A stretch of 64,000 bases of DNA. Origin: Antechinus flavipes. Taxonomy: Eukaryota. Numbering within the stretch: position 1 is the first letter of the stretch; every line of letters starts with the position of its first letter. Both the position numbers and the translations under genes were made by a program. Under the pieces are notes generated by a model. The model did not search any database. It was not told the origin of the DNA and saw only the letters and a program-made list of their open reading frames with translations. Location of the stretch: positions 483,972,001 to 484,036,000 of the forward strand of contig NC_067401.1 of assembly GCF_016432865.1 (NCBI RefSeq), read 5' to 3'. Shown here in pieces: positions 62,759 through 64,000 of this stretch.

Positions 62759-63707
62759 TAGCTCCAACTTATGATTTTATACACAGACCAGTTTGCGGGA
62801 AATAACCAACACATCTGGTTGAATTTAATCAATTTGATGGAATTTCCTTCCTATCCTTCTCCCCTCTTTTCCCCCCAAAGAAAACAAGTCTTTCAAATGC
62901 TCAGAAATTTGGGTGAATTCAACCAGTTACTTTCCACACTGTGTTTGTTATGGCAGCCTTATAATCCTCCTGCAGTTCACCTTCAAAAATTTAGAACAGA
63001 ATGCCTTCCTGATGGTGGGACACGTGGTTTTATTTAATATCTTGACTGTGCACACTCATTGAAGGCAGCACACATTAAATACACAGGCTCCTCCAGTATT
63101 TTCTGGACTGGAGTGCAGCCTTGCGAAATTCATTAAATATGACTACAATAAGAGAAAAGGACAAACCACCAGAGAAAAACAATCTGTACATGAGACTTCA
63201 CTGCAAACCCGACTGTTTCAGTGTTTATAAATATTCCTCTGTGGAGAGCAGTGCGTGTATTATAATAATTATGCATTAGTGCCTCATTAGTAGGGGGTTA
63301 CATCCATGCTGTTTCTTTTTCCTCTAGTGTATTTCTGATAAGTTAGCGTTTTTAAAAGTCTTATTTAGAATGTAATAAAACCAGAAGTGTGTGTGTGTGT
63401 ATGACTATGTGCGTTTGGGCACGGATAATTTGCAATTCCTTTGGCTGGGTGAAGAAACAAACTTCATGAGCTCAAAAGCTCCTGAGAGGGCTTGGAAGAC
63501 CACCTCCTGATCTCAGATTCTCGAAAGAATGGCTGAAGAATGGGCAAGGCGGAGGAATTTGGCCGGCACTTTCTAGCATTTCAATCCAACTCAATGGGGA
63601 TTTATTAAAGATTTACTTACTGTGTGTATGACACTTTGCTTGGCTCATGGGATATCAATGTCGTTTCATTTACAAGCTCCCAAAGAGAAAGCTTTGGGAT
63701 GAGGATG

Positions 63708-63860
63708 GAAAGAGGATGAGATCTTACTGAATCAGGAGGATTGGAACCTACTGAAAGAGAAAAAAGAGAAGGAGGAAGGAGAGGAAGAGAAGAAAGGGAG
63801 GAAAAGGAATAGGAGGAGAAAGAAGAGAAAAAGGAGAAAGAGGAAGAAAAGTGCAATGAG
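63708..63860 (+). repeat. GA-rich low-complexity tract
   Basis: Read directly. Confidence 0.9.
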
Positions 63861-64000
63861 AAGATTGGGAGTAATAATGACAATAATAATAGCTAACATT
63901 TATATAACACTTGCAGACAGGGAACTGTGGTAAATCTTTGCAATTTGATCCTCACAAAAACCGTGTGATGTAGCTGCTATTTTGCAGTTTAGACAAACAG

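Noticed and set aside
1-64000. L1 orientation bias as evidence for host gene strand
   Set aside because: Roughly 10 minus versus 7 plus fragments; uninformative and not supportive of a minus-strand host

Overview
AT-rich, strongly CpG-depleted eukaryotic DNA with two N-gaps (19099-19238, 45701-45848). The repeat content points to a marsupial, most likely a dasyurid such as the Tasmanian devil; this is inferred from repeat families recalled from memory, not from a search. Repeats include marsupial L1 3' ends, a HAL1, Mar1 and WSINE1-like CORE-SINEs, MIR/L2/L3 relics, BovB and a second RTE lineage, ERV solo LTRs and two OC1-type hAT MITEs. I find no intact protein-coding gene, RNA gene or CRISPR array. 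Nearly all recognisable ORFs in the track are decayed L1/RTE fragments, and the rest are mostly low-complexity frames. The window looks like a large intron or 5' region. Most notable observations: (1) several TE-free, CpG-retaining islands carry minus-strand splice donors, two of them ATG|GTGAGT, suggesting alternative first exons of an unidentified minus-strand gene whose body would lie left of the window; (2) an ~0.9 kb MIR+L1 composite is bracketed by a perfect 17-bp TSD with AATAAA and a duplicated poly(A) tail, i.e. a retroposed host transcript end or 3' transduction; (3) an ~135-bp insertion consists almost entirely of serial fold-back hairpins; (4) there are local templated duplications and multi-level TE nests. 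Boundaries of old repeats are approximate.
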